Virus record (IMG/VR): IMGVR_UViG_3300043567_001092
Origin: an uncultured virus (IMG/VR IMGVR_UViG_3300043567_001092)
Lineage: Duplodnaviria; Heunggongvirae; Uroviricota; Caudoviricetes
Strand: one strand, 5' to 3'
Length of the DNA: 64,000 nucleotides
Shown piece by piece: positions 39,226 through 48,672 of this stretch. A program made the position numbers and the translations under genes. The first letter of the stretch is position 1, and every line of letters starts with the position of its first letter. The notes under the pieces are model-generated. The model was not told where the DNA came from, searched no databases, and saw only the letters and a list, made by a program, of their open reading frames with translations.

Positions 39226-39786
39226 ATGAAGTCTATATATTTTATTAAATACTATGACAAAAATGAGCCGAAACCAACTTTTGCAACAGTTGAGTCTGAT
39301 TCTCTATTGGAACGCATGGCCTTACCTGGCTCAAGTGATTTAGTAAAAATTACCGAAATGACTTACGGAATAGATTATAGATTTCTAATAGAAGTTAAAA
39401 ACTCGGTATACAAAGAGAATACTGAGTTCATGTTCCGATATGATAACCATTCAATTATAGATCAATCAAATAATATAGTTAATATAAAAATATTTAGTGG
39501 TATTTATAGAATTTTAAGCCATTTTCACTTCCCATATGCAAACGAATTAACAGGTTCCGTACTTCACACAACTGGAAATACAGTTAATCCTTTATACAAT
39601 CCGGCACCTGCTGTCAATCAAAATACACAATCAAGCTCAAATACCGCACCAAGCCAAGCAAATACGTCCCAATCGACACAAGATGAAGACAAAGGCGATG
39701 ACGGCCACACGCATCAATATTCCACATATGTCGGGTTCATAGATACTTATGACTATTGTGTCATCTGTGGAGAAAGACGCAAATAA
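39226..39786 (+). CDS. Hypothetical protein with C-terminal H/C zinc motif
   Basis: HTHQY...YCVICG after low-complexity linker. Confidence 0.55.
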   Translation: MKSIYFIKYYDKNEPKPTFATVESDSLLERMALPGSSDLVKITEMTYGIDYRFLIEVKNSVYKENTEFMFRYDNHSIIDQSNNIVNIKIFSGIYRILSHFHFPYANELTGSVLHTTGNTVNPLYNPAPAVNQNTQSSSNTAPSQANTSQSTQDEDKGDDGHTHQYSTYVGFIDTYDYCVICGERRK

Positions 39787-39873
39787 TTTGTGGTATTATA
39801 TAGTGTACAAAATACAGAGGTTCTAATTTCAAAACATCTGTAAGTAGACAAAATGCCAGTTGCAGAGGATTTT

Positions 39874-40122
39874 ATGAAAATATATGTTAAATACGACATG
39901 CCTGATGATAAAGAAGATTTTGAATTAGCCCAAAAAGCAGTAAAAATGTCCATCGCCATAGACGATATGTGGAATGAAGTGTTTAGACCGTTTTACAAAC
40001 ATGGCTATAAAAATAAAGAATTGAATGATCTTACTGAAAATGAAGATGTAGCTAAAGCTATAGACCTTTTGGCAGAAATATACAGAGAAGTCTTAAGAGA
40101 TAATGGATTATACGGAGATTAA
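39874..40122 (+). CDS. Hypothetical protein
   Basis: GAGG before ATG 39874. Confidence 0.55.
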   Translation: MKIYVKYDMPDDKEDFELAQKAVKMSIAIDDMWNEVFRPFYKHGYKNKELNDLTENEDVAKAIDLLAEIYREVLRDNGLYGD

Positions 40123-40123
40123 A

Positions 40124-40342
40124 ATGAAAGTATGGAATATTGTTATTTTAAGTTTGTTGCTAGCAATTCTTGGTTCAATGAGCGTAAGTGTGTTGGCAGG
40201 AAAGTTCTTACAAAACCCAATGCCAGTAAGCATGATTCTTTCGTTTATTATTGGATTTAAAGCTAGATCTATTGTTGAAAGTACTGTTGGGTATACTCTC
40301 ACTGAAGCAATGGATGAAGAGCGTAAAAATCACGTTGAATAG
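40124..40342 (+). CDS. Small two-helix membrane protein
   Basis: GGAG before ATG 40124; two hydrophobic segments. Confidence 0.55.
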   Translation: MKVWNIVILSLLLAILGSMSVSVLAGKFLQNPMPVSMILSFIIGFKARSIVESTVGYTLTEAMDEERKNHVE

Positions 40343-40351
40343 AGAGGAAAA

Positions 40352-40456
40352 ATGGGTAAGTATAGAGAAATTAGTTGGATTGAGATTACGATTTGGGGAA
40401 TTCTGGCCTTTTCTGGAGTATTTGCAACACTTTACTTAATAGCGTCTCACAGTTAG
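40352..40456 (+). CDS. 34-aa single-pass membrane peptide
   Basis: Not in ORF track; GAGG RBS; MGKYREISWIEITIWGILAFSGVFATLYLIASHS. Confidence 0.5.
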   Translation: MGKYREISWIEITIWGILAFSGVFATLYLIASHS

Positions 40457-40535
40457 ATGTATCAATTTGAAATAATTAATGAAAAATATTGTTATTTCTA
40501 TCATTTTGTGTTAAAATTATTACATTGGAGATAAC

Positions 40536-40997
40536 ATGAAATATTTACCATTATTATTTCTAGTGTTAGCAGGTTGTGGAAAGTCTTTTGTTAAAGTTTT
40601 AACAATTAATTCCGACTTACAGCCATATTACCAAGATTTTATTAATGATGGTCTGTCTAGAGGTGTAGATCTTACAAAGACTGACAATCTAATATTAGAA
40701 TTTGGTGATCTTCCTCCACATAGATTGGGCGTTTGTACTATTGGTTTTGTTAATAGCAATATGGTTACTCCAGAAGTTACTATTGACAGAAAGTATTGGG
40801 CCATTTCTAGCGAATTAGATAAGCAAACTGTTATACACCATGAATTAGCACATTGCCTTTTGCGCAAAGGACACAATGATTCCGTTAATGCTGATGGCTA
40901 TCCAGTTAGCATTATGAATACATACTCTGTAAGCGAAGAATTTCCAATATATCTATACGAACACTGGGATGAATATTTGGATGAATTGTATAGATAG
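40536..40997 (+). CDS. Lipoprotein zinc metallopeptidase (metzincin-like)
   Basis: Lipobox LAGC; HELAHCLLRKGH; SIM Met-turn. Confidence 0.8.
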   Translation: MKYLPLLFLVLAGCGKSFVKVLTINSDLQPYYQDFINDGLSRGVDLTKTDNLILEFGDLPPHRLGVCTIGFVNSNMVTPEVTIDRKYWAISSELDKQTVIHHELAHCLLRKGHNDSVNADGYPVSIMNTYSVSEEFPIYLYEHWDEYLDELYR

Positions 40998-41006
40998 GAG
41001 GCTTAA

Positions 41007-41216
41007 ATGGAAACATTTTATCTTTCTGATGAAAATAATATTGAATTAGCAATGGAATTAACTGAATTAGATTTTGACGAAATAGAAATTATTGTTGGAA
41101 GGTTTGCCAAAAACTCATGGAGAGCTGGCAAGCTTAGAGGAGAAGTTGTTAATAATTATGGCCGTATTTTTATTAGACATCACTTTACTAAAAAATTACT
41201 TTGGGAAAAAGATTAA
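41007..41216 (+). CDS. Hypothetical protein
   Basis: GGAGG RBS. Confidence 0.55.
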   Translation: METFYLSDENNIELAMELTELDFDEIEIIVGRFAKNSWRAGKLRGEVVNNYGRIFIRHHFTKKLLWEKD

Positions 41217-41228
41217 TTGGGGGATACA

Positions 41229-41444
41229 ATGGAATATATTTTTTTAATAAGCGTTATCATAATTTTAGGCGTCTACATACGATTTTCAAGAAAGAAAATG
41301 GAAATTGAGCTACAAAGATTAGCAATTCTTAGAGAAGAGTCGTTAGCCAGACAAAAGATTTTATTAGACTTTCTAGATCCACAGCCAAAAACACCTAAAA
41401 ATAGAGGATCTTTAACTGTAATTAAGCCAAATACTGAAGAATAG
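41229..41444 (+). CDS. Small membrane-anchored protein
   Basis: N-terminal hydrophobic helix. Confidence 0.5.
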   Translation: MEYIFLISVIIILGVYIRFSRKKMEIELQRLAILREESLARQKILLDFLDPQPKTPKNRGSLTVIKPNTEE

Positions 41445-41454
41445 CTTAAAACGA

Positions 41455-41483
41455 TTGACAACACTGATACTTTTACATATAAT
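41455..41483 (+). promoter_or_regulatory. Consensus sigma70 promoter
   Basis: TTGACA-N17-TATAAT exact. Confidence 0.85.
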
Positions 41484-41503
41484 ATTAATATATGGAGGTT
41501 ACA

Positions 41504-41695
41504 ATGGCACAATCATCTTATGACGTAAATCCAACATTAGTACAAATTTTAGAAATCTCTAACAACATGCAGGATTTCCAAGCTGCCATTAACATGGCTT
41601 TACAATATGAAACTGATCCATCTAAAAGATACGAAATTTTAAAAGCATTGTTCCAAATGAAAATGGATGAAGCTACAAAGCTTATTAAGCACTAG
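41504..41695 (+). CDS. Hypothetical protein
   Basis: GGAGG before ATG 41504. Confidence 0.55.
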   Translation: MAQSSYDVNPTLVQILEISNNMQDFQAAINMALQYETDPSKRYEILKALFQMKMDEATKLIKH

Positions 41696-41703
41696 GAGTT
41701 ATT

Positions 41704-42402
41704 ATGATTAGAAGAGGCGAAAAAGGCATAGTTTGCCAACATGATCCGTTCGATGAAACATATATGGATGGTGGAGATTCTGCTCGCGTAACGGGATTAC
41801 TTGCTATGTCAGGTGAGTCTTTAGATAGATTTCTAGTGGATGATTTTGTTAACGAAGATGGTCTTGGAGTTAGACACCCAACACAAACAAGAAATAATAA
41901 CAATAATCCAAATAATTTTACTAGAGATCAATTGCTGTGCCTAATGGCAGGTTTGAATTCAAGCAAAACTGAATTTTCTGAATCAGCAGCAAAAAAATTA
42001 TTCTATAGTCACGCAAAAAGAGCTTTCTTTTGTCAAAATACACATGACCAAAAAAACGTTAAGAAGCTTTGGTACAAAAGCAGAGATCCTTTGCACCCAG
42101 GTCAAATTGGATTCTTAATTCAAGCAGCTAGAATTAGGTACCTATATCCATTATTAATATTTTGCTACCCATTCTTACTCTTAGAATTACTAGTTAACGT
42201 ATTTGTAACCCCATACAGAGAAAGCAACCAAATCCTCTCTGTAATGAATACATCTGGTAGCTTTTGGATCAAATTATATTGCAAATTGCATCCAAATTGG
42301 AAAAAACCAATAACAGATTATTGGAGTGGGTATCCGTTTAGAGATCAACCTGAAATTGCAGAAATTATAATTAATTATATTGAAACAAGAATCAAGGGTT
42401 AA
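41704..42402 (+). CDS. Hypothetical protein with internal hydrophobic segment
   Basis: AGGAG RBS; DGGDS, VRHP, FTRDQ motifs; converges on the endolysin. Confidence 0.6.
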   Translation: MIRRGEKGIVCQHDPFDETYMDGGDSARVTGLLAMSGESLDRFLVDDFVNEDGLGVRHPTQTRNNNNNPNNFTRDQLLCLMAGLNSSKTEFSESAAKKLFYSHAKRAFFCQNTHDQKNVKKLWYKSRDPLHPGQIGFLIQAARIRYLYPLLIFCYPFLLLELLVNVFVTPYRESNQILSVMNTSGSFWIKLYCKLHPNWKKPITDYWSGYPFRDQPEIAEIIINYIETRIKG

Positions 42403-42808
42403 ACCAAAGAGATGAGCCCTCTTTATACGACCCATATGGCACTATTTGCATGTGGGTCCAGTTCGGTGTAGCATCGAAACTTTCCATCCAAATACCAATC
42501 TTCTTTAACTCGTTAACATTATTTTTACACCATTTATGCAAATCTTGATTTGGAGTGTGAATGTCTACAGCAAATCCATAAAGATGTTTACTTTTCATTG
42601 GTATTTTAGATTTATCGGTAATTCCTTTAGCGGCATATATCTCTAAATGATGCTTCATGCTTCTATATCCAGATGTAACAGTCATTGGCTTACCGTAAGC
42701 AGTTCTAACCATGTTAATTTTTTCCAAAAGCTTTTTGATGTTTTCTTGATGCTCTTTAGGTAGCTCTTCTAATTTATTTCCAGACAATAATTCATTTAAT
42801 GAAATCAT
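42392..42808 (-). CDS. Peptidase M15 endolysin
   Basis: VTSGYRS, SKHLYGFAVDI, WTHMQ (H-D-H zinc ligands). Confidence 0.85.
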   Translation of the reverse strand: MISLNELLSGNKLEELPKEHQENIKKLLEKINMVRTAYGKPMTVTSGYRSMKHHLEIYAAKGITDKSKIPMKSKHLYGFAVDIHTPNQDLHKWCKNNVNELKKIGIWMESFDATPNWTHMQIVPYGSYKEGSSLWFNP

Positions 42809-42819
42809 ACATTACTCCA

Positions 42820-43023
42820 TTAGTAATAGTCATCGTAACCATCACCTTTTTCCGGCTCAGGTTTGTTCTTATTTATATGCAACGGACACCATTCTGAATG
42901 GTATTCTACGGGACAATCTTTACCGTATGTAATATGAACGCCACATTCACATTTTACTTCGTCTTTTTTATTATCATTAACCCAAGGGCTAGTCCACTCA
43001 TTTTGCCAGTCGTATGAATCCAT
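42820..43023 (-). CDS. Small Cys/His-rich protein
   Basis: CECG...HSEWCP. Confidence 0.55.
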   Translation of the reverse strand: MDSYDWQNEWTSPWVNDNKKDEVKCECGVHITYGKDCPVEYHSEWCPLHINKNKPEPEKGDGYDDYY

Positions 43024-43035
43024 GCTTCCCTCAGA

Positions 43036-43404
43036 TTAAATCTTGATAATCTTGTTGATTATGATTGTTCCTCTTAAATCTGGGATATTAAAAGTAGTCG
43101 TTCCATTTCCGTATCCGTAGTATGTACCTATGGCTGAAAAAAGCGAAGAGTATGTAGTTCTAGAAATTTCTTGTCCTGCGCAAATTAAAAAACCAGATGG
43201 TGCAGTTGAGCCTGCAAAATCAAGTAATGTTCCTGATGGTAGCGTATTTCCGCGCTCTCCTGGAGTAATCCATTGCCCATCTTCATAAAGTTTAAATTTA
43301 TTTTCAATTGAATTATAGTAAATATCTCCATCAATTGCAGTCGATGGTGGAGAAGCCTGTGGACGTAAATTTAAGCCGTTCTTAACAACAAGAAAATTGC
43401 GCAT
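43036..43404 (-). CDS. Minimal tail-collar protein with shared N-terminal module
   Basis: GDIYYN module fused to collar (PSGTLLDFAG...GFLICAGQ...SRTTYSSLF...FNIPDLRG). Confidence 0.75.
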   Translation of the reverse strand: MRNFLVVKNGLNLRPQASPPSTAIDGDIYYNSIENKFKLYEDGQWITPGERGNTLPSGTLLDFAGSTAPSGFLICAGQEISRTTYSSLFSAIGTYYGYGNGTTTFNIPDLRGTIIINKIIKI

Positions 43405-43462
43405 TTTTCATTCCCAATCCTGAAAAGTGTTTCTTAACTCATATATTTATCTTATATGAATG

Positions 43463-43472
43463 AGATTAGGCT
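43463..43472 (-). promoter_or_regulatory. Putative late promoter AGCCTAATCT
   Basis: Same 10-mer at 48604-48613 and 60797-60806; variants at 52335-52344 and 2228-2235; all upstream of virion genes. Confidence 0.65.
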
Positions 43473-43529
43473 AATTTTAATAAAAAGTGAATTTTTTTCT
43501 TTAAAAAATATCTTATTTTTAATAGTTTA

Positions 43530-43554
43530 GGACTGTCTAACAATTAGACAGTCC
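43530..43554. terminator. Perfect 11-bp stem-loop after fibre gene
   Basis: GGACTGTCTAA-CAA-TTAGACAGTCC; no clear U-tract on minus strand. Confidence 0.5.
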
Positions 43555-43566
43555 ATGATTTTTATG

Positions 43567-46500
43567 TTAGATTATGAACCAAACAGAACCGTCAGTAACT
43601 AAAGTTTTTGACTCATTTTTAGCACTGATTATTATAGCTCCATCGCTATCAATTGTGCCGCCACTAATAGTAATAGTGTTAGCTGTGCTATCAGTTTTCT
43701 TGATATTGAAAACCTTACCGCTTAAGCCAGTCGGCGACGGAAGAGTAATAGTTTGGCTAGTAGATGTGCAATCACAAACAAGAACATCGTTTGATGATGT
43801 CAATGCATAAGTAGAAGAAGAATTCACTATAACGCTTAGGTAACTAGTTGCGCCACCGCCTACTTGTGATTCTACACCAGCAGAGTTTAAAATATACAAC
43901 TTGTTATCTGATTTAGCGTATATTTTATTAGTTCCTGCTGATGGACTTGTTGGAGTGGTTATTTGAGTTGCAACAATTTCTTTACTTAAAGAAGTTGTCC
44001 CAGTTATTGATACATTTGCTGAAAATGATGCATTTTGATTGTGATCTAATTGTAAAGCTAAAACTCTTCCAGTTGTTCCATTTAGGGTTGTATAAAAACC
44101 CATTTTTGAACCGTTGGCAGAAGATGTCCAGTTTTCAGTTGCAATAGAGTTAATTCCAGAACCAATTGCAGTTGTGTGACTTGCATCTGTAGCCCCAGCA
44201 AATTGGATTACGCCTATTCTAGATCCAGATAACATAGCTGCGCTTGGGTCAGTTTGCAATTGGATTATAGAGCCGCTGCTAGAATTTTGAGTCGTGCTTT
44301 TTTGATTGAATTGAGCTATTGGAACAGTGAAAGTAGTCGAGTGTATGTCAACTGTTGCTGAAGAAACAGAACCTTGTTGATTTATACCTAAACGCTTATT
44401 TGTCTCGTCCCATATTAAATCTAAAGTGTCAATCTCTAAATTACCCAAAGTATCAGTATAAACGATACCTCTTGCAGTATCACTTGCAGATGCTAAGTTA
44501 GTGGCTTTAATGTCTGTAGTCGTAACCGTGCCAGTAAAGGTTGGAGAAGCAAAAGGAACCGGTGTTGTCCAAGAAAGATCCCCAAGTCCATCATTAGTTA
44601 AAGTTTGGCCACTAGCGCCTTGTGCTGCTGGTAATGTTAATGTATATGATGTAACTGATGATGGAGCAGTAAGGGTAACTGTATGTGTTGAAGCATCGTG
44701 TAGTACTACGTTTTTAGTGTGGGTATTTAACCAACCATAATTAGCATCACCTAAACTTTGCGACAAGTTGCCAGCAGGTATTAAATTCTTATGAACAACT
44801 GCTTCTGAAAAACCAGACCAATCAAGAACATTTCCTGATGAATTATATAAAGTACGGCTACCATAATTAACACTTGCTATTCCAGAAGAATCTATCAATG
44901 AACGAGTTCCGAAAAGAATACTACTGACCCCAGACGAATCATATAGCTCCCTAGAAGCCGTATCGAGGATTAAAACATCGCTAGTGTCTTTTAGACTGCT
45001 TGTATATAAATTACCCCAAATTTTTGCCGTACTACCAAGATCGTGTGTATTATTAGCAGATGGAATCAAATCTTGGTTAACAGACGTAGGAGAAGTTAAA
45101 TTGCTTAAAGTAGTATTTGCACCGCTTCCAGAAGGCGTTGCCCAAGAAAGAGTACCAAAACCGTCATTAGTCAGTACTGTAGAAGCTGCCCCTTGAGCTG
45201 GCGGCATTGTTAGACTGTACGGCGTAATTGTAGATGGAGATAAAAGGCTAATAACATTTGATCCAGCATCTACAAATCTGAAAGAAGATGAGTACGTACT
45301 ACCCCAAGGGTTTAAAGATGTTCCCAATGATCTACTAAATGCAGAATCTGGAATAATGTTTTTATAAGAAAAAATTTCAGTTGTACCACTCCATTGTAGC
45401 GATAATGATCCAGCAGAATCATATAAATATCTATTTAACCAATCTAATGAAGTATGATTTGACGCATCCTGTAAATATCTACTTCCCCAGTGTGCAGCAA
45501 TGTCTCCAACACCGTCAACTAAATATCTATTATTCCAATCCAATGACAGATTAGTAGAAGAATCAAATAGTCTATCATTAGATAAATTAATGGCAGTGGT
45601 GTTTGAAGTATTTGAAATAGTGTTAACGTGCAAGCTATTCCATCTAGTTGTGTTGTTACCTAAATTGAGACCAGAAGTTCCAGCGATTAAATCTTGACTA
45701 ACAGCAGTTGGCGAAGTTAAGTTAGAAAGGGCAGTATTGGCTCCAGTTCCAGAAACAGTAGTCCATGAAAGATTACCAGATCCATCGTTAGTCAATACAG
45801 TTGAAACCGCGCCCTGAGTAGAAGGCATTACTAGATTATGCGGTGTAATTGATGACGGAACTGTTATATTAACAGAGTGAGCCGATGCATTAACTAAACT
45901 AACAGTTCCAGTTTTTACGTAATTCCATGGAGATATATTTGTACCAAGATCATTACTAAGCCCAGATATTGGAACAATGTCCTTATTAGATGCAATATAA
46001 CTTATACTTGACCAGTCTAATGAAACGGAACCACTTAAGTCATATATTTTTCTTGCAGACCAATCTAAAGATATATTACCATCTGTTGCAACTAAAGAAT
46101 TGTTGATTACATCAATAGCGGTATTATCTAAAGCATTTTGTATTGACCCAATATATGTCAAATTCCAAGGCTTAGCCAAACTACCTAAATTCATAGATGT
46201 TGTGCTAGGGATTAGATCTTGATTAACAGATGTAGGAGAAGTTAAGTTAGATAAAGATTTATTAGCACCAGTTCCAGCAGGAGTTCCCCAAGAAAGATGC
46301 CCAGTACCATCAGTAGTTAGTACTTCACCGTTAGAACCGTGAGCAGAAGGTAAAGTTAGGGTATAAGCTGTAACAGTAGTTGGTGCAACAATTGAAATCT
46401 CGTGTATTGTTGAATCAAGGAATTTAAGTCCTTTAGTATATACGTTAGTCCACGGAGCAGAATTTGTACCAAGAGTTGGCGTATACCCAGATGCTGGAAT

Positions 46501-48558
46501 AATGTTTTTATAAATAGATAAATCAGATAAGCCTGACCAATCTAATATAATGTCACCGATTGAATTAACTAGTTGTCTTGTGTTCCAATAAAGAGAATAC
46601 GCACCAGTTGAGTCAGATAAATTCCTACTATCCCAGTCTAATGAAGCAGACCCGTCTGTTGCAATTAAAAGATTATTAATTACGTCAATAGCTGTGTTGT
46701 CTAAAGCATTTTGTATAGAACCAATGTAGGCTAAATTCCAAGGTTTAAGTAAGCTTCCTAAATTAATAGAAGTAGTACTAGGAATTAAATCTTGATTAAC
46801 TGAGGTTGGAGAAGTTAAGTTAGATAAAGATTTATTAGCACCAGTACCAGCAGGAGTAGACCAAGTGAGATTTCCTGCACCATCATTAGTTAATACTGTA
46901 GCCGCCGCGCCTTGTGCACCAGGTAAAGTTAAAGTGTGTGATGTAATTGCAGCAGTTCCAGCCGGAGCTGTTAATGTTAAAACATTTCCATCTAAATCAT
47001 TGAAGTTATAATTTGAGCTATATACATTAGCCCAAACCGCATTATCAACAACACTTCCGAGATCAACACCAGTTTGGAGTGGTAATAATTTAGTTTGAAT
47101 ACCAACGCCGTATTGGTTCCAAGATAATGCAATTTGAGTACCAGAATCTTTTAAGTATCTGGTATGAGTTAAACCAGTATCGCTAATATCAATTGCTGCA
47201 GTGTTATCTATTGCAAACAATCTTTTAACGAAAATATTATTCCAATATCTTGCACTTGAACCCATATTTAATGAACTAAGCTGTGGTACCAAATCTTGGT
47301 TAACTGAAGTAGGAGAAGTTAAGTTAGAAAGAGCAGTATTAGCGCCAGTCGTTGCAGGAGTAGTCCAAGAAAGATTGCCAGAACCATCAGAAGTTAACAC
47401 TTGACCAGCGTCACCATCATCGGATGGCAATGTTAATGTAAAATCAGCTGCAAATGTGTCTGGAGCTTTTAAAGTAATTGAATTAGTTGAAGTTGAATCT
47501 ACAAACTTATAATTAAGGCCATAGATAGATTCCCAATATTTTTCAAGACTACCAAAATTTAAAATATTACTTGCCGGAACAAGATCCAAATAAGAAACTA
47601 CGCCAGGGTTAACTGAGTTAGCCCACTCAAGTGCTGTGCCACCTACAGAATCAGTTAAAACCCTAGCAAATGGATTAATAGAATCAACTAGGTAGCTGTC
47701 TCTAATTCTACCTACGTATAAATTGTTCCAAGCCTTTAAGTTAGTGCCTAAATTTTGCAATTGATCATTAAAAGGAATTAAATCTTGATTAATAGAAGTA
47801 GGTAAAGTTAAATTAGATAAACTAGTATTAGCTCCAGTTCCAGAAGGTGTTGTCCAAGAAAGATTGCCAGATATGTCAGTAGTAAGTACTTGGCCGTTTG
47901 ATCCTACAGCAGATGGCATAGTCAAAGTATATGGAGTAGTAGCATCTGCAGCTTTAATGGTTAGTATGCCAGTAGTGGAACCTTTTAATTTTTGGTTATA
48001 AGTCCACGTTTCAAGCCAAGGAGTTAAAGAAGTACCCAAGGTTTTAGTAGTATCAGAAGCAACTAAACTTTGGTTAATAGACGTAGGTGAAGTTAAGTTA
48101 GAAAGAGAAGTATTAGCACCAGAAACTGCTGCAGCCCATTTTAAACCAGTTGCTGTAGTTGAATCAGCAGTTAATACATAATCGTTTAAACCAACAGGTA
48201 ATACAGTTGGTACAGTGGCATTTCTAACGATAATGTCACCTTTAGCAGTCATTAATGATTTTTCTATTTTAGAATTTAATTGATTTTGAATTGAAGATGT
48301 GGCATCTAGATAAGCTAGAACTGTAGAATCAACTGTAGAAGCTTCAATTAATCCAGTAATACTGTTACTTTGTAAGATTTTACCTAAAGTATAAGCTTTT
48401 AATGGATCGCCGTATGTAGTCCATTGATTATCTTGATAAAATTGGAATTTTCCTTGCGTTCCATCAAAATAAATATCACCGTTTAGTGGTGATAATGGAG
48501 CTGAAGTTAAAGATCCTAGAGTTAAACCGTGCCTTACGCCAAAAAAATTGATTGCCAT
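43567..48558 (-). CDS. Long repetitive tail/head fibre protein
   Basis: 1663 aa; seven GANxxLSNLTxPT units, most preceded by VLTxDGxGxLSW; C-terminal TITLP...IKKTD...DGSVWFII domain. Confidence 0.8.
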   Translation of the reverse strand: MAINFFGVRHGLTLGSLTSAPLSPLNGDIYFDGTQGKFQFYQDNQWTTYGDPLKAYTLGKILQSNSITGLIEASTVDSTVLAYLDATSSIQNQLNSKIEKSLMTAKGDIIVRNATVPTVLPVGLNDYVLTADSTTATGLKWAAAVSGANTSLSNLTSPTSINQSLVASDTTKTLGTSLTPWLETWTYNQKLKGSTTGILTIKAADATTPYTLTMPSAVGSNGQVLTTDISGNLSWTTPSGTGANTSLSNLTLPTSINQDLIPFNDQLQNLGTNLKAWNNLYVGRIRDSYLVDSINPFARVLTDSVGGTALEWANSVNPGVVSYLDLVPASNILNFGSLEKYWESIYGLNYKFVDSTSTNSITLKAPDTFAADFTLTLPSDDGDAGQVLTSDGSGNLSWTTPATTGANTALSNLTSPTSVNQDLVPQLSSLNMGSSARYWNNIFVKRLFAIDNTAAIDISDTGLTHTRYLKDSGTQIALSWNQYGVGIQTKLLPLQTGVDLGSVVDNAVWANVYSSNYNFNDLDGNVLTLTAPAGTAAITSHTLTLPGAQGAAATVLTNDGAGNLTWSTPAGTGANKSLSNLTSPTSVNQDLIPSTTSINLGSLLKPWNLAYIGSIQNALDNTAIDVINNLLIATDGSASLDWDSRNLSDSTGAYSLYWNTRQLVNSIGDIILDWSGLSDLSIYKNIIPASGYTPTLGTNSAPWTNVYTKGLKFLDSTIHEISIVAPTTVTAYTLTLPSAHGSNGEVLTTDGTGHLSWGTPAGTGANKSLSNLTSPTSVNQDLIPSTTSMNLGSLAKPWNLTYIGSIQNALDNTAIDVINNSLVATDGNISLDWSARKIYDLSGSVSLDWSSISYIASNKDIVPISGLSNDLGTNISPWNYVKTGTVSLVNASAHSVNITVPSSITPHNLVMPSTQGAVSTVLTNDGSGNLSWTTVSGTGANTALSNLTSPTAVSQDLIAGTSGLNLGNNTTRWNSLHVNTISNTSNTTAINLSNDRLFDSSTNLSLDWNNRYLVDGVGDIAAHWGSRYLQDASNHTSLDWLNRYLYDSAGSLSLQWSGTTEIFSYKNIIPDSAFSRSLGTSLNPWGSTYSSSFRFVDAGSNVISLLSPSTITPYSLTMPPAQGAASTVLTNDGFGTLSWATPSGSGANTTLSNLTSPTSVNQDLIPSANNTHDLGSTAKIWGNLYTSSLKDTSDVLILDTASRELYDSSGVSSILFGTRSLIDSSGIASVNYGSRTLYNSSGNVLDWSGFSEAVVHKNLIPAGNLSQSLGDANYGWLNTHTKNVVLHDASTHTVTLTAPSSVTSYTLTLPAAQGASGQTLTNDGLGDLSWTTPVPFASPTFTGTVTTTDIKATNLASASDTARGIVYTDTLGNLEIDTLDLIWDETNKRLGINQQGSVSSATVDIHSTTFTVPIAQFNQKSTTQNSSSGSIIQLQTDPSAAMLSGSRIGVIQFAGATDASHTTAIGSGINSIATENWTSSANGSKMGFYTTLNGTTGRVLALQLDHNQNASFSANVSITGTTSLSKEIVATQITTPTSPSAGTNKIYAKSDNKLYILNSAGVESQVGGGATSYLSVIVNSSSTYALTSSNDVLVCDCTSTSQTITLPSPTGLSGKVFNIKKTDSTANTITISGGTIDSDGAIIISAKNESKTLVTDGSVWFII

Positions 48559-48613
48559 CTTTGATTCCTACTATCCTCAAAAATTAATATTCTGTTGTAG
48601 ATTAGATTAGGCT

Positions 48614-48646
48614 AAAAAAAAGGGCCCAAGGTTTCCCTTGAGCCCT
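48614..48646 (-). terminator. Intrinsic terminator
   Basis: Minus strand AGGGCTCAAGG-GAAA-CCTTGGGCCCT followed by T-run. Confidence 0.8.
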
Positions 48647-48672
48647 AGATTTAGTTAGATTTTAACTAAAGA

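Noticed and set aside
1089..43023. Many 60-135 aa ORFs opposite or inside recognised genes
   Set aside because: Fully overlapped by well-supported genes, no RBS, no motifs
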